From Botryllus schlosseri (taxonomy: Eukaryota): DNA of 64,000 nucleotides. Both the position numbers and the translations under genes were made by a program. The notes beneath the pieces were generated by a model, which searched no databases, was not told the origin of the DNA, and saw nothing but the letters and a program-made list of their open reading frames with translations. Below, one piece after another: positions 36,190-50,104 of the stretch (position 1 is the stretch's first letter; every line of letters starts with the position of its first letter). The stretch is from positions 2,978,001 to 3,042,000 of the forward strand of contig CM119373.1 of assembly GCA_051294905.1 (NCBI GenBank). The letters run 5' to 3'.

Positions 36190-37511
36190 AAATTAAGGTT
36201 TAGTTAGGCTGACAAGAGCCGTCTTATGACTTTTGTAAGTGCAAAGCTGGATGTACTTGAGGATAAAAGAAATGATGGAAATTCTATCCAAAGGAAAAAT
36301 GCTGCATGGGAAGATCTTGCCGTTCAATACAATTCCTTCCCGGATGCTCAAAATGTATCATCCAAGCAGCTTAAAAAATGTTGGAATAACATGAAGGCGA
36401 GGTAAGATTTTTGATGAAATTCTAGGAATATGCCGAGGCCAGTTCTAATGCGTAGCGTATGCATTTCAACAGATCGAAAGAAGAGATAACAGAGGAACGT
36501 TCCCACCTGGCTGCAACTGGCGGAGGTCCTCCAACCAAGGCAGTACCAGAGATGTCACAGATGATCCATAGCATGATACCGGAACAATTCGAGCCACTCC
36601 AGAACGATTTTGATTCTGACCAAGTGGTGTTTGTGGACGTTTCCGTAGCATCGACATCTTCAGGTACGGTATTCCATAATAATGGACACTTGATTGATAA
36701 AAGCACCATATCAAGCAGTTATCCCCGCTATTAGTAGTCAACGGTATTCGCTGTTGATATTTGAGCATCGCTGTCTCTGGTTATGTAGGTTTTGCTGCGT
36801 GTTGGGTTACCGCTTAGCTGCGATTCCTGTACATACCAAATTTGTGCCATACCTCCAAAATCGCTCCGACGTATAATAACTGTAAAACCTTATATTCGCA
36901 AACCCGAAAGCTAACACTGACCAGAATTAGCACTGCGCATTGATTGATAGTCATGAGGACCATAGCCAGTCAATGGTTATCAGGGTCTGGGGCATATCCA
37001 CGATGTGATGTTGACATCGATATTGTTTATTATTAATGAACGTTAACTAAAATCTGTGTAAATATATACAGATACATGACTAAAATTCGGAGCAAAGCTT
37101 TATAAGCATATATAAGTTATTTAGAATTTATACGCATTTGCTATGCAATGAGTGCTTTCTATATCATATATCCCAATTTCAGATGTAAGTTTCACGACTG
37201 CAACTCCTGCTTCAAGGCCGGTGGTAAAAGAAACGGAAAAGACAGAGATGCCAAGAAAGAAACCAAAAAGAGCTGAAGTTAACAACTTCATATCGGATGC
37301 CATGTTCTTGGAGCATGAGTTGAAAGTGGAAAAGATTAAATTGGAAATTGACTGCTTGCAACAGCAAAGGCTCTTAGTAGAGAAGCAGCAGTCCGTTGCT
37401 GATCTGCAGTCGGTACTTGTGACCAAGCAGCTGTTGATAGCAGATGCAAGGCAAAAGCTTGAAGGCTTGCCTTCACCAGTCCCACTAGAAACTGGTCTAC
37501 CTACTTTATAA
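36190..37511 (+). pseudogene. Harbinger Myb/SANT-like DNA-binding protein, 3 exons (about 36190-36401, 36473-36663, 37183-37511)
   Basis: KNAAWEDLAVQYNS...QLKKCWNNMKAR / SKEE...AATGGGPP / C-terminal coiled coil; GT-AG introns 36402-36472 and 36664-37182 keep frame; in-frame stop near the N-terminus (FS*ADK), although an ATG at 36226 follows it. Confidence 0.85.
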
Positions 37512-37534
37512 AAGCTTTCAATTTAAGATTCATT

Positions 37535-38460
37535 GCTTCTGCTTGCAGCACCGTGATGCAAATATTTTTTGTGCCATTTACCTGCGCATTATTGATGTTA
37601 CTATGCTTGTACTTGCAGCAATGTGACATGAATGCTTTCCTTCTGCCATACCCATTTAACTGTGGATTATTGATGGTTACTATGCGTGTACTTGCAGCAA
37701 TGTGACATGAATGCTCCCCTTGTGCCATACCCATTTAACTGTGGATTATTGATAGTTGCTATGCTTGTACTTGCAGCAATGTGACATGAATGCTCCCCTT
37801 GTGCCATACCCATTTAACTGTGGATTATTGATAGTTACTATGCTTGTACTTGCAGCAATGTGACATGAATGCTTTCCTTGTGCCATACCCATTTGACTGT
37901 GGATTATTGATAGTTACTATGCTTGTACTTGCAGCAATGTGACATTAATGCTTTCCTTGTGCCATACCCATTTAACTGTGGATTATTGATAGTTACTATG
38001 CTTGTACTTGCAGCAATGTGACATGAATGCTTTCCTTGTGCCATACCCATTTGACTGTGGATTATTGATAGTTACTATGCTTGTACTTGCAGCAATGTGA
38101 CATGAATGCTTTCCTTGTGCCATACCCATTTAACTGTGGATTATTGATAGTTACTATGCTTGTACTTGCAGCAATGTGACATGAATGCTCCCCTTGTGCC
38201 ATACCCATTTAACTGTGGAGTATTGATAGTTACTATGCTTGTACTTGCAGCAATGTGACATGAATGCTTTCCTTGTGCCATACCCTTTTAACTGTGCATT
38301 ATTGATAGTTACTATGCCTCTAATTACAGCACCGTGACATCAATACGTTCCTTTTGCTATGCCCGTTTATTTGCATAAGCCTTGACTTGCAACACCGCAC
38401 CGTGATATTTATGCTTTTTTCGCTGTGCCTATGTAACCGTGGATTATTGATAGTTACTGT
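37535..38460. repeat. 79-bp tandem array inside the Harbinger element
   Basis: ACTTGCAGCAATGTGAC recurs at 37611, 37690, 37769 and onward; about 9 conserved units plus degenerate flanking units. Confidence 0.95.
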
Positions 38461-38559
38461 TCCACTTCTTTTCTTTCTACACTGTACCATTTCGTTTGGT
38501 TCCATACAAGTGATACCGCAGTTTCTTTATTTCTGATAACAAATTGAATTTCATTCGTA

Positions 38560-39335
38560 AAGTGGGTTTCTACGATCCGTCTTCTCCGAGCTAGGCCTCT
38601 CAGGGAGCCTCGTACATCTCTCGGTGCCTCTATAACTTCTTATGGGATGACAGGGAAATCAGTTTCATTGTTGATGATGCACCTAAATTTGAAGGGAGTT
38701 GAGCGCTTGATATTAAAAAAATCAAGAAATATATTACCTGTGCTTTCTTGCATAGTTGTATAAAACTGCTGTTAACATCAATCACAGTCATGGATGTGTC
38801 GCCCGTAGACCCAGTGATAAGCAGGGGAACACGCTCTTCCACACTCCAAAAGTCCTCTCTATAGTTATTCTGGAGGATATTAGAGCCTTGTTCAGCAGCT
38901 GTTTGTCGTAAAATCGTGTGGCCTCATTGGCTGCGACTTCAACTTGTGGGAATTTGATGTATGTTGAAGCTGAGCTTTTATGAGCTATGGCCATACTGTC
39001 CAGCTTCACCAATCCACCAACCAACGGTGAGCTTGGAGACATCTTCCAGTTCCCCAGCAACAACTTGAAAGCTTCCTGTGGCGTAAAAGCGCAAAACAAC
39101 AAGGAACTTCAACAACGGGGGCAGGGGCAGGCCTTTGTTGGATGGGCTGGTAAGGTTATGTAGGATCTCCATAATCCACTAACACAGGCTTTCGTAAGCC
39201 TATAGCGATCAGAACACAGTTCCTCAGTGATGTATTCCACGGGATTATCAAAATCTGTAAGGTACTTCCGTACTTGCTGCAGCCTGTTTCCATTCACTTG
39301 CATGTATTATTCTAACATATCTATGTCAATAGCTA
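38560..39335 (-). pseudogene. Harbinger (HARBI1-like) transposase, frameshifted with catalytic core deleted
   Basis: DRYRLTK, VLRFYATGSFQ..GE...VS..TV, YIKFP, then directly R..IERTFGVWK..FPCL; no GxIDGTH segment seen. Confidence 0.88.
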
Positions 39336-39631
39336 TTTTATCTGAAAGGAATGAAACGCGTACCGTATACCTATCTCTGATCGTAACAGTTCATACCGAG
39401 CGAGCGCACAGCGCACAGTTGCGAACGATGCCAGACGTGTCGAGTAAGACTCGAAACTGAGCAAAGCTAGAAAATGTCTTTGAATACCAAGGAGCTACTC
39501 CAATGGAGTTGAACTCCGCCTTTACTCCGTCGAGCAAGCCTTGAGTTTGAGTTCGAGGCGTCTCTTTGAATACGGGCCAATGATTGGAGTACTCGAATCT
39601 GAACCGATGATTTGTTTATAGTAGTGAAGTG

Positions 39632-41850
39632 AGTAGTAGTATAGATCGGTCGTGATTTGCCTGGGGCTCTTATGGGTGCGGCGGCATGGTGCCGTGAAAC
39701 TCGTGGTGGCATGGTGACCCTTTTGACCCCCCCCTCTCGGTCGCATGGTGCCGTTGTGTCTTATGGGTGGGGTGACATGGTTACCTTTTCGGGTATAGGC
39801 TGCGGCGGCATGGTGTCGTGAAAACTTGTGGTGGCATGGTTACCTTTCAGGTATAGGCGCGGCGACATGGTGACCCTTCAGGTATAGACAGGCCGTGTTA
39901 TTTTTGGCATTTCAGGTGCCAGATGCCAAAACTGCCAAAAATAAAAATTTGAAAATGCCAAAAATAAGCAATTTTTGGCATATGCCAAAAATAACACAGC
40001 CTGCCAAATAGTGTATTTCTTTCATGGTGTTGTGTTAACAGGACTGCGTTACAAGCGAGAAGAGCGTTTGTGAAAGGCAGGTTTCTTAATCTGGGTCCAG
40101 CCCATCCATTAGGGGTGAAAGCACAGTGAAATTGAACGGCTGACTGCATTTGGTTTACGTCATACTTTCCATTTGTCCAAAGGCAATTTTACGACCATTT
40201 TTGACCGGCTTGTTGAGCGCTAAATTTGATAAAACTGGTATCAATGAGAAGCTGCCGCAGTACTGATTATTGAAATATAAATTATATTCTGCTCATGGAA
40301 CTGGAACCCCCCAAATCAACCACGATTTGTGCATTGTGATCGAGTTGAACATTGTGACGCAACAAACTGTCTGGCTATTTCTGAGCTGGATAGTCTCGTT
40401 TTGCCAGACAGTCTTGTTGCGTCAATGTTTTTAAACAAGCTAACCTTCCCAGGACTTTTCCATGCGAGTTGGTAATATTAAAGCCACTTGAAGTGACAAA
40501 AGTCCTCCGAAAATATATCGGTAGACTGAAGGAGAAATGATAGTCGGGCTACTAAATAGAATGTGTTGAGAGACAACACAGGAAACTCCTGGAAAAGGAT
40601 CGGGAAGAAAATTCTTTCCGCGATGAGTTCGATGGCACTGGCGAAGTGATCTCTTTTCATGATGAATGGAAGCCGGTTCGGCCCTTCAAAGATTTTGAAG
40701 CTCTGTAACAATCAGCTGTTGAGCGTGTTTGTTAGACTTTTCTTTCTTTTTTTGCTTATTGGCACCGATTCCGATGGATACTGCACATTTTGTGGTTTCG
40801 TTTGGTATTAATAACCTATGAAATCGTTAGGTTTTTTCTTCTTATTATTGTTTGTTGGCACTGATTATACGTGGATGCTGCACATTTTGTGGTGTCTTTT
40901 GACAAACTAGCCCAAATAAAGCGTTTTTGTGACTAATTCGAGGCTAAAACTATCTATTTAGAAGGCGATGCCAAAACTGCCAAAAATAAAAATCGAAAAA
41001 TGCCAAAAATAAGTTATTTTTGGCAGTTTTGGCATATGCCAAAAATAACACGGCCTGGGTATAGACAGTTGATGACTTGGCTAACGTTGTGGGTATAGGC
41101 TGCGGCGGCATGGTGTTGACGATGTATCAAGCATGATAAATAGTCACGTGATTGGTTCTTAGTTAATGTGTATATCCCAAATTATTATATATGACCGATT
41201 CGAGTTAATTCTAACGTTCACGGTGAGTGCGACAATGATATATCGTTATTCTTATGGGCGCGGTGACGATTCGTACTTTCAGGTATAGGCTGCGACGGTG
41301 TCTCGTACTTTCAGCAAAAAGGTGTGAAATAGTTTGCTAAGTCTAGGAATCAGTCGCTTGGTAATTAGTTTGCCACAGAGCCGGCATAGATGGCGATTCT
41401 AATATCAACAATAACCACTCTCACAAACTAACACTTCAAATAGGTGTGAAATATATTACAAACCCCGCGATCGCTGACATCATAATGTCTCGGACGTAGC
41501 CATCTTTCGTGACTTGGTGTTACAGGCATCCCGATCGCTCACGCAGTGAAATTTTAGTAATCAGTTTGTCACAGAACTTGATTTCGCTGGTAAGATCTAA
41601 TAAGTAACGAATAACAGAAACGTCGCAGACGGTGATTCGAATACCGACAAGTTCTCACTTATTTCTGATCCAATCCTAATCCTTTGCGAAGTTAACTCTT
41701 ATTCAAAAAGGTGTGAAATAATTTTGAAATCATACGACCGCCCACAGGGTAATGCTTCAGACATACCGATCACTCACAAGGTAATATTTCGGTAATTAGT
41801 TTGTCACAGAGCCGTCGCGGACGGTGATTCGAAAACCAACAATTTGACAC
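39632..41850 (+). mobile_element. Truncated left end of a second Polinton/Maverick-like element
   Basis: Starts AGTAGTAGTATAGATCG; shares the terminal scaffold with 19427 and 57587; 41130-41840 is homologous to 58040-59000; no partner end seen. Confidence 0.75.
39889..41057. mobile_element. hAT MITE inserted in the subterminal array of the second Polinton-like copy
   Basis: TIR CAGGCCGTGTTATTTTTGGCA / TGCCAAAAATAACACGGCCTG; GCCAAAA repeats; perfect 8-bp TSD GGTATAGA. Confidence 0.9.
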
Positions 41851-42059
41851 TTTCTGGTGGTCGCTATATGTTTTGACACTTCGGAACAGTGGTTGACTTT
41901 AGTTGCATGATAAGAATCATGAGAATATTCAAGCAATGTGTCAATTTTTCAACTTGAAATGATACTCACTACACAAAACCAGGACTGCCATGACAGGTAT
42001 CTCACTGCAAGAATATAATAAGAAGAAGAATATAAAGTTACTGCCCTATTGGTATTTCA

Positions 42060-42390
42060 TCTATGAGTATCAATACTTGAAAAATAAGACTTGAAACTGT
42101 TACGAGTAAGGAAATTTACTATATTATGAATGTGGGGTATTCCATATCACCTAATCATAGTTGTAGAAAGTGGCTTGAATATGACTTGAACTCGAAACTG
42201 AACAGTGATCACAATGACTTGGACTCGGACTCGATCGTCAATGCTATGACTCAGACAAGGCCTTCTGCTCCCCGACTCGGGCTCGGACTTGACTCGGTGA
42301 TGAACTGAAAGTGACTCAACTTGACTGGAGTCAAAAATAGAAAAGTAATATTACTTGTGAATCGAAACCTTTAGCTTGAGTACAGCCTAT
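42060..42390 (+). mobile_element. Decayed right half of the GACTCGAGTC hAT MITE family
   Basis: Similar to 50370-50699 (e.g. CAATGACTTGGACTCGGACTCG, GGACTTGACTCGGTG). Confidence 0.65.
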
Positions 42391-45300
42391 AGGTTGCCAC
42401 TGCTGAAACTACCTATTCATTTATTCCCCGTCTGATTTTTCAGTTAAAAGGTCACTGTAAATCCGCAAGGTCGTATTGAACACTTCATAACACTTTTTTC
42501 TGCGTACAGACACACTTTTTGGGCATATAAACGCATTGGGCCATTATCGTCGCAACGCTTCTGCGTATTTCTCCGTTTACATGTAACACTTCGCCACTGC
42601 GGCTTATTTTCAAGAAAATTGATACTTGGTAATTTATCATCAATTTTGCATTCATAAACCATCGGTACGTTTGGAGATCACATTAAATCATGGTATATGT
42701 AAAATAATATTACTCACTTGACCCAACACTAAGTTTAAGGGTAATATTTCAATGAAATATACATATTTCCCTGTGAGGCAGAGGGGTCACCACCTTCGTT
42801 ACGGTAGAGCGCGCTCGTTTTCAGTTTGGATTTGAATTAGTGGTTCGTCAGGCTTCAGGCAGAGAGTAGGGTACACGAAAAAACTTGGCGGAATGGATAT
42901 ATTGAAGCAGTTTCTGCTACCTGATGGCGTAAAGGATCATAACATCCATGTACTGTAAGGTATGGAAATGCGGTAAATGTTATTGAATGTATGTAATGTG
43001 AGAATAGTCATAAAATGAACTCGTTTTGACATTGCAGTAACGTCGTTTGTTTTAGATGTTTTAGTAGGCTACTGATATCCCTTATACATATGAATGTTCT
43101 TTAGATGTTTTGTAGTATATGATTCGTCTGATATTATTGCTGGATGATCGAGCTTCGAATCTGATAATATACCAGGCTGCGAGCAGGTCCAGTACTACGG
43201 TACTGATGGGAAACTGCTATAAAAGTAACTTTTTTGACATATGGATAAAGGGATGTTCTCTCTATCCACACTGAAATATCACTATGCATGTAGGCGATAT
43301 TGTGGTCCATTGTGGACAAGTACTGCAATGTCAACAATTGAATGCCTACATGACAGTCATGCAACGGTTTTGATTGTTTTTCAACTGCAACACATTTTAC
43401 ACTGTACTGTTTATTCCAAGTGGTAAGGTGTTAACTAAAGCGATTTTTTTGACATGTCAAAATAGGTCAAAATTTTGTCAAAATTGTACCGTTACGTCAA
43501 AAATCTTTACAAAATAAAATTTGGATGGCAACTTGCATTTCGTTTGTATCATAGATGATTGCACTGTCGGTGAACTTATCATTTCACAATTTACATCTTG
43601 TAGCCTACTTTATAGTCCTACCGTTGTAGACGGACCATCGTCTGCTCATTGTGAATCATAAACTGTCAAATGAAACAAATACTCAACGTAGCCTATTGCA
43701 CTATCCTAACTGAAGCAAGACTGCGTGGGCATTGGTTCTTCTATTAGAAACCGTGTGATGAAATATTGCGATGTAGACAACTTTGTCATAATGAGATTCG
43801 AGAGAGAGTGCAGTGTACGCACAACTTCAGTGTTGCCGGCCAACAACTGCAGCTGGTGAACGTTCTTTCTTCATTCTTGCCAAGCTACTTAGTTAGGACA
43901 GACACTTTCTACCCGAAAATGTAGGAAAGTATCTTTCGTTGTACTACAACAAATTTTTAAGTATTTCTACCATAATACGAGATGTAACTAATACTGAATT
44001 ATTCATGGGTCCAGATTTCGATAAAATAAGTTCTTTTTCATGTAAAAATTTGTCAATATTCATGCTAAAAGATTTTTTCAGGTCAAATTACTTCGGAAGA
44101 ACAGACAGCTCCAGCCAGAAATAAAGATAAGTTCCGGTAATACAATTCTAACACTATGTGAGAAACACCTAATTTAAGTACATGGGGTCAAAATTAAGTT
44201 TTTCATCATCAAAATATGTGTGAATTTGAATTCTTTAGTCAAAATCTTACCTTTTTAGGTCCAAAAAATCGCCCCAATAATAGCACAGCCAAACAAACAA
44301 TCTTTTCAACAAACCATGGATCACAAGGGGTAGTATTTGTTTTGCCCAATCCCCAAATTTGACTTTTCTGAGTTTATTGTGATACGGTAACTGAACTAAA
44401 CTCTATTTTGCAGGTAGTATGTATTGAACTTGGCACCTTTTTTGAAATGCATTTGCTGTATGGAATACTGGTAAGCATCACGGTGTTTTGTAATTGAACT
44501 GGTATATCCTTAGAAAATGAATTTGATTCTGTTGCAATCGGTTATCTTTGTGATAAAGATTTTTATGAATGTTTGCTGATAAAATTTCACAAAAATTGTT
44601 AACAATTCAGGAAGTATACTAACTGTGCCAGAGTAAAATTGGTGGTAACGTCATGTGCAACTTTCCATTCCATTACTTAATTATTCTATGAAAGACACCC
44701 TTCTGTCACGCACAACCTATTGCAGAAAAAAAAAACTGTATCCAGTATGATATCTGCGTGACTACTGAGCAGTTCATTTGTATTGCGAATTTTGGCAACA
44801 AATATTTCTTTTCAATAGTCTTGGACTGATCCTCAAATTCGTTCAACTGATGTCCACTCTTTGAAAAGAGCCCCCTGGGTCTACCGTGCCTGCGTTATCA
44901 GACAATGTTGACAGTGACGTGAGGAGTCGTTCGTAACGGGTTTTGTGCCGGCACAGTCATCTTATGTGATACAGTCCTTTGTCTCAAGAGCCCATGGATA
45001 CATGTGATTATGTAAGCCTATTTATTCATTTTATATATCACCATTGATTATGTAATTTGCTGGTTTTTGCAGTCCTACTTTTCTCACGAACTATCTCGCA
45101 GAGTAGCTTACGGGCTATTCGATATGAGCTGAAAAAGGCTTCATCTGTGTACACTGTACAGTGTACCCTGAACTGTGTATACTGAACACTGAACAGAGAT
45201 GTAGTTGAACGTAATGAGCTCGTGTAACTTGTACTTTAACTATTGCTTACTGAACTATATTGGGCTAGGTCAGTGGTTCTCAACCTGGCGGGCTGAGCAC

Positions 45301-45594
45301 CTCTCCTGCGCTTCTGTAACCTATCTGTGTGAAATATTTATATTTACTTCTGCATCAAATTTACAATTTTCCTTTGTAATGTTTCGTATTTTCTAGGAGA
45401 AGCATTTGGATTTGACCAGTAAAAAAATATCCGCCATGGCACGCCACAAATCAAGGACTCATCAAGCCTGGGTTGCGGCTGATGGAAAGAATATGAAAAA
45501 TGCCCTAAGGTGCAGGTAGTATGTATTGCAATTGGCACCTTCTTGAAATGCATTTGTTGTTTAAAATACTGGTGAGCATCGCGGTGTTTCTTAA

Positions 45595-46084
45595 AGGGGC
45601 ACTGCGCTCTAAAATTGATGTGGTCTCAAATTGAAGGTAAAAGCGAACAAAAATTTTTGGCCGCGGCCATTTCCTTCAGAACGCCACCGTAATGGAGCTG
45701 CAATTTATTGAAATTTCTACAAGACCAGCTGCCGCGGCTGCTTAACCCGTTACATGGCACGATATCTTCACCGCCGCACTTGCTCGACGCGATTAGGCAG
45801 TCACTCAGAGAACGGATTTTAGATAGTTGTCAGCCGATGTTATGAAGGAAATGTGTCTAAGTTTCGTTCTCTGCGTCACCGCCTTATTGCGTCGAGCAAG
45901 TGCGACGATGAAGACATCGTGCCATGTAACGGGTTAAGCAGCCGCGGCAGCTGGTCTTGTAGAAACTTCAATAAATTGCAGCTCCATTAAGGTGGCGTTC
46001 TGAAGGAAATGGCCGCAGCCAAACATTTTTGTTCGTTTTTACCTTCAATTTGAGACCACATCATTTTTAGAGCGCAGTGCCCCT
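45595..46084. mobile_element. Kolobok-like foldback MITE
   Basis: AGGGGCACTGCGCTCT...AGAGCGCAGTGCCCCT; ~200-bp TIRs; TTAA on both sides; AGG rather than CCC termini. Confidence 0.82.
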
Positions 46085-46328
46085 TTAAGTAAACTGGTAT
46101 ATCCTTAGATCATGAATTTGATTCTGCTGCATTCGGTTATTTTTATGAATGTTTGCTCATAAAATTCCACTAAAATGATTAGCAATCCAGGAAAGTATGC
46201 TACTCGTGCTGGAGTAAAATTGGTGGTACGGTCACATGCAACTTTCCATTACAATAATTATTTGTTCTATGAAAGACACCCTTTTGTCACATACAAATGT
46301 ATCCAGTCTGATATCTGCGCAATACTGA

Positions 46329-46510
46329 ATGCTGGTGACGTCATATTTTGTGATACGATTTTTGATGTACAACGTTCTTTCGAGTTCTCTACTAGTTGCT
46401 GACGAGTCTCAGCCGAAAATATTCGGGCTCATTTCAATATGCATATACTATTCAATTTTATATTGAAGTTTTGCACCTCGAAGAAGCTGTCCGAATATTG
46501 AATAGTTCCC
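46329..46510 (+). mobile_element. Penelope-like 3' remnant with degenerate hammerhead motif
   Basis: CTGACGAGTCTCAGCCGAAAATATTCGGG; similar to 54730-54910. Confidence 0.6.
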
Positions 46511-47954
46511 TTGTATTGCAAATTTTTGAAACAAGTATTTTATTTTCAACAGTCTTGGATTGATCTTCAAATTCATCCAACTGGTGTCGACTCTTCGAAA
46601 AGACCCCCTGGTTCTACCGTGCCTGTACTAACAGACAATGTTGATAGTGACGTGAGGAGTCATCTGAACGGATTTCGTGCCGGTGCAGTCATCTTTTGCG
46701 ATAATACTTTTTGCCCCAAGAACCCATGGAACCATGTGGTTATGTAAGTCTATTTATTCATTTCATATATCACCATTGATTATGTAATGTGCTGGTTTTT
46801 GCTGTCCTAATTTTCTCAATAACTATCTATATATGCGATATGAGCTGAAGAGAGGCTTGATCTGTGTACATTGAACAGAGGTGTTCTTGAATGTAAAGAG
46901 CTGGGATAACTTGTATTTAAACTACTGCTTACTGAACTATACTTGGAACATCAAATTGAGATCATTTCCCATGTCGTGCTAATTCCAAATAATTTCGTTA
47001 ATTGAATTTAATCAGGAAGGAAGGATTTGAAAGATTGAGAACAATTACAATTACTGCAATGAAGGAAAAGTATTCAACACCTTCGATAAGATGTCACAAA
47101 GTTTTTTGTACTAAAGACAATCAATGTGTCCTTTGTCTGGTATATTTTCTCGTCTCAATTCAAAGCAGCTATAAAATCTTAGAATCGAAGTTGTATGTAA
47201 AGCCTACCGTATGTCAATTATTGTGATGGAAATCCAAACCCATAGGAATAACGATTCTACTATATTTATTTTCGGATCTTGTTTGCGTTCAATTACATTT
47301 TCAGTAAAACGAGGTTGATGAAGTCAACTGTCTTCTTATCCAAGCCAAATTGAGAGACAAGCTAATACAATCCAAGACCCAAGCGCATGTCTTATTGAAA
47401 CAGGTATCGTAATCTTTCTGTTTTGTGGACCATACAAATTTACATAGACCGTTCGTAGACGTACATAGACGTTCTGCTATAAATTTCATTCTGAGCTACA
47501 GTTCTGCATTCTCACTGTGGCCTGTGCGTCTGAATGTAAATGTAAATGTCAAAATGGCCGAATTGAAAAAAAGGCAGACCTAATTCAAGATATTTTTATT
47601 AGTCGTTATGCGAATTTTAGTCCTTCTCAGTGATAGGATTTCACATTTACGCGAGCGCCTTTCCTGCGCTTGTGTAACCTGCATGTGTGAAATATTTATA
47701 TTTATTTCTGCATAAAATGTAGAATTTTCATTGACATATTCAAAACTTTGGAATTTAATCACATTTTCAAGGAGCGCAACTTGGAGTCGACCAGTAGAAA
47801 AGAAGCAAACACCATGGCACGCCACGAATCAGAGATTGACCGATCCTGGATCGCAGCTGATGCCAAGAATATAAAACTGCTTCAGTGAAAATGGAGTATT
47901 CAGAAATATTGTTGACGTTTTGAGCTACTATGCATTGGATTGTCATACCCTGAA

Positions 47955-48240
47955 GGAGTGGTTTTCAAACAGGAGAAAGCATTTGAAGGGGCGTGAAGCT
48001 GCTGTCAACTAAAATCTTTTTCGCACATGGCAGCTTCTACTTATCTCTCTGTGTATGGTCAGAATTTAATATTTGAATATTCTCTCATCAACAACTATTA
48101 CCGTTACTGCCATCCAACTGTCAGTTGGGATTTCTAGCGTTCTTGTTGCTTTTTTTAATTTCATGATACGACGATAAGGGGTGTGTGAAATTTTTTTGCT
48201 ATCATAACGGGGCATGTCCAAAAATGTTCAAGAACCAGTG
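47955..48240. mobile_element. Degenerate hAT (Charlie-like) MITE
   Basis: AGTGGTTTTCAAAC...GTTCAAGAACCAGTG; similar to 55965-56290. Confidence 0.5.
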
Positions 48241-50104
48241 CCCTAATGACTTCCAGATTTCATATTTTGCAGCAGACTGGTAAATAACAACAAAATCTTT
48301 TCTGTAAATCTGCAAAATTTGTATGGACTCAAAGAAACGACTTCTTTGTTATTTAAACAAAAGTGATTGGCATTAACCTGACATAAATACTTGTAATGCA
48401 AGCCCAAGAATATTTTTGATGCCTGGTTAGCAGGCCCAAATTCATTAAGAGTGAAAAATACTTTGTTACTTGTTTATCGTGGTAGTGGTAGTGAAACTGA
48501 TACATTCATTGTTTGTTTATTTACAATAAAATTAGAAATTTACAAGCCATAATTTGATCAATTTTAAATAAGTTTTAAATATTTGTGTTGATCATGTTTC
48601 CGTTAACGGACGTAACCAATGAATTTGATTCCATGCCATTTTCACGAAAGTTAAAGATACTAAATGATATTTTGTTATCGCTATCCCTAATTCCCTATGC
48701 ATTCATTTTCATGATTGAACGAGTTGCATGATATTTGTAGTGAGTTTGCTCTTGATCATTTATGATGTTCGTGATTTCATGGACTATTCCGGAAACGGTT
48801 TCAACTGCTGATCTGAATTTATGAAACCCTGTCACAGCAGCTATTGGAAATTTCAATGTTTGCACGTATTCCATCACCCAGGTTGGGTATTATAAGCGTC
48901 ATCTATTCATGAATCAATAAAATCTGATTTTATTTTGAGCCCTGCGTTCCGGTGACTAGTCAACTAGCCACTTTGAGGCTGAACACTTTTTAGGTAAACA
49001 GTTTTAATTTGAACACTTCGCAACACTTCTAGGCGTTCAATTTTTGGATCACGTTTCGTGTTCAATTTTCCGGGTTGAGCAACACTTCAGAATTTACAGT
49101 GGTGTTTGCGGTGTAAAACGACCTTCTTTAGTCTTCGGGCTGCTTCCTATTAGGGAGAATCACGGTCGGTCCAAATATCGACTGAAGTGGTGCGCGAGAC
49201 GATAAAGATTGGGAAGCACTGCTCAAACTTATTAATATTATAACTGATGAAAAGGGGAGTGACGCTTTTCGCCTGTGAGGCCAGGTGCGTCACGGACTAG
49301 AATGTGCGGTCGGTATACCAAAATGTGGGCAACAACCGATTTACATATGTACCACACGATAGAACGAACTCTGCAACATGGGATAACGTTGATACTTGAC
49401 ACTCGTTATTTTGCTCGCTTGTAGCTACGCTGATTATCTCGCTCTTTCAAAAGCATCAATAACAAGACATTCGCTGCTTCGAAGTCACTGTTTTGACGTT
49501 CGTTATTTGGAACGAGGGCCGGATGCGTGATATCCTGACCATATTGGTTAATTAATATCAATTCATATGCTGTATCTGATTCATAATACCTGACCTACAT
49601 TCCACGTCCGGCAATTTTCCTAGTGGTGATCCTGTTGCAGTATTCGCTTCTATATACTTCTAAATATTTTTTGCAGGCGTCAAGCACTCGTAAATCGGCC
49701 GTATACTTTATTCTTGTGCAATTAAAGACTAATCGTATCAAGGAGATGCAATTTAAGGCGGAAATCCACAATAGCAGTGAAGCAAAATCTGGATATATTA
49801 CCATTTAAATTATAAAATATTACAAACAATCATGCCCACATTTACAACTAATATTGTTTTTGTTTTCAATACGTTAAGTCGTTGTAGAAACAGCATATTT
49901 AAAGATTAGGCACTGATTATATACTTATTTTCCATATTTCTCACAGTAATTGTTAAGATTGATGCAACACAACATACCCAACCCATTCACCAAGACTTGT
50001 CTATATAGTATGTCTATAGGGGCCCATATCACGTCAGAGTGCTCAATGGGAATTCCAAATATTGCGTTATAGCGATATTATATATCACAGGCGTATATGG
50101 TATG

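Larger units (their letters stand above)
35594..39578. mobile_element. PIF/Harbinger DNA transposon, non-autonomous derivative
   Basis: 13-bp TIR GGCCCGTATTCAA / TTGAATACGGGCC; 3-bp TSD AAT; convergent Myb/SANT and transposase genes. Confidence 0.92.
44410..47870 (+). repeat. Old local tandem duplication
   Basis: 44410-45260 resembles 45511-46940 after removing inserts; 45300-45495 resembles 47660-47870. Confidence 0.8.

Noticed and set aside
37535..38460. CRISPR array
   Set aside because: Whole 79-bp units repeat head to tail with no unique spacers; eukaryotic context and no cas genes
45595..46084. piggyBac assignment from the TTAA TSD
   Set aside because: Termini are AGG...CCT rather than CCC...GGG, which fits Kolobok better
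47301..47530. Cys-rich minus-strand exon candidate
   Set aside because: In-frame stop between the putative acceptor and the ORF; no family recognised
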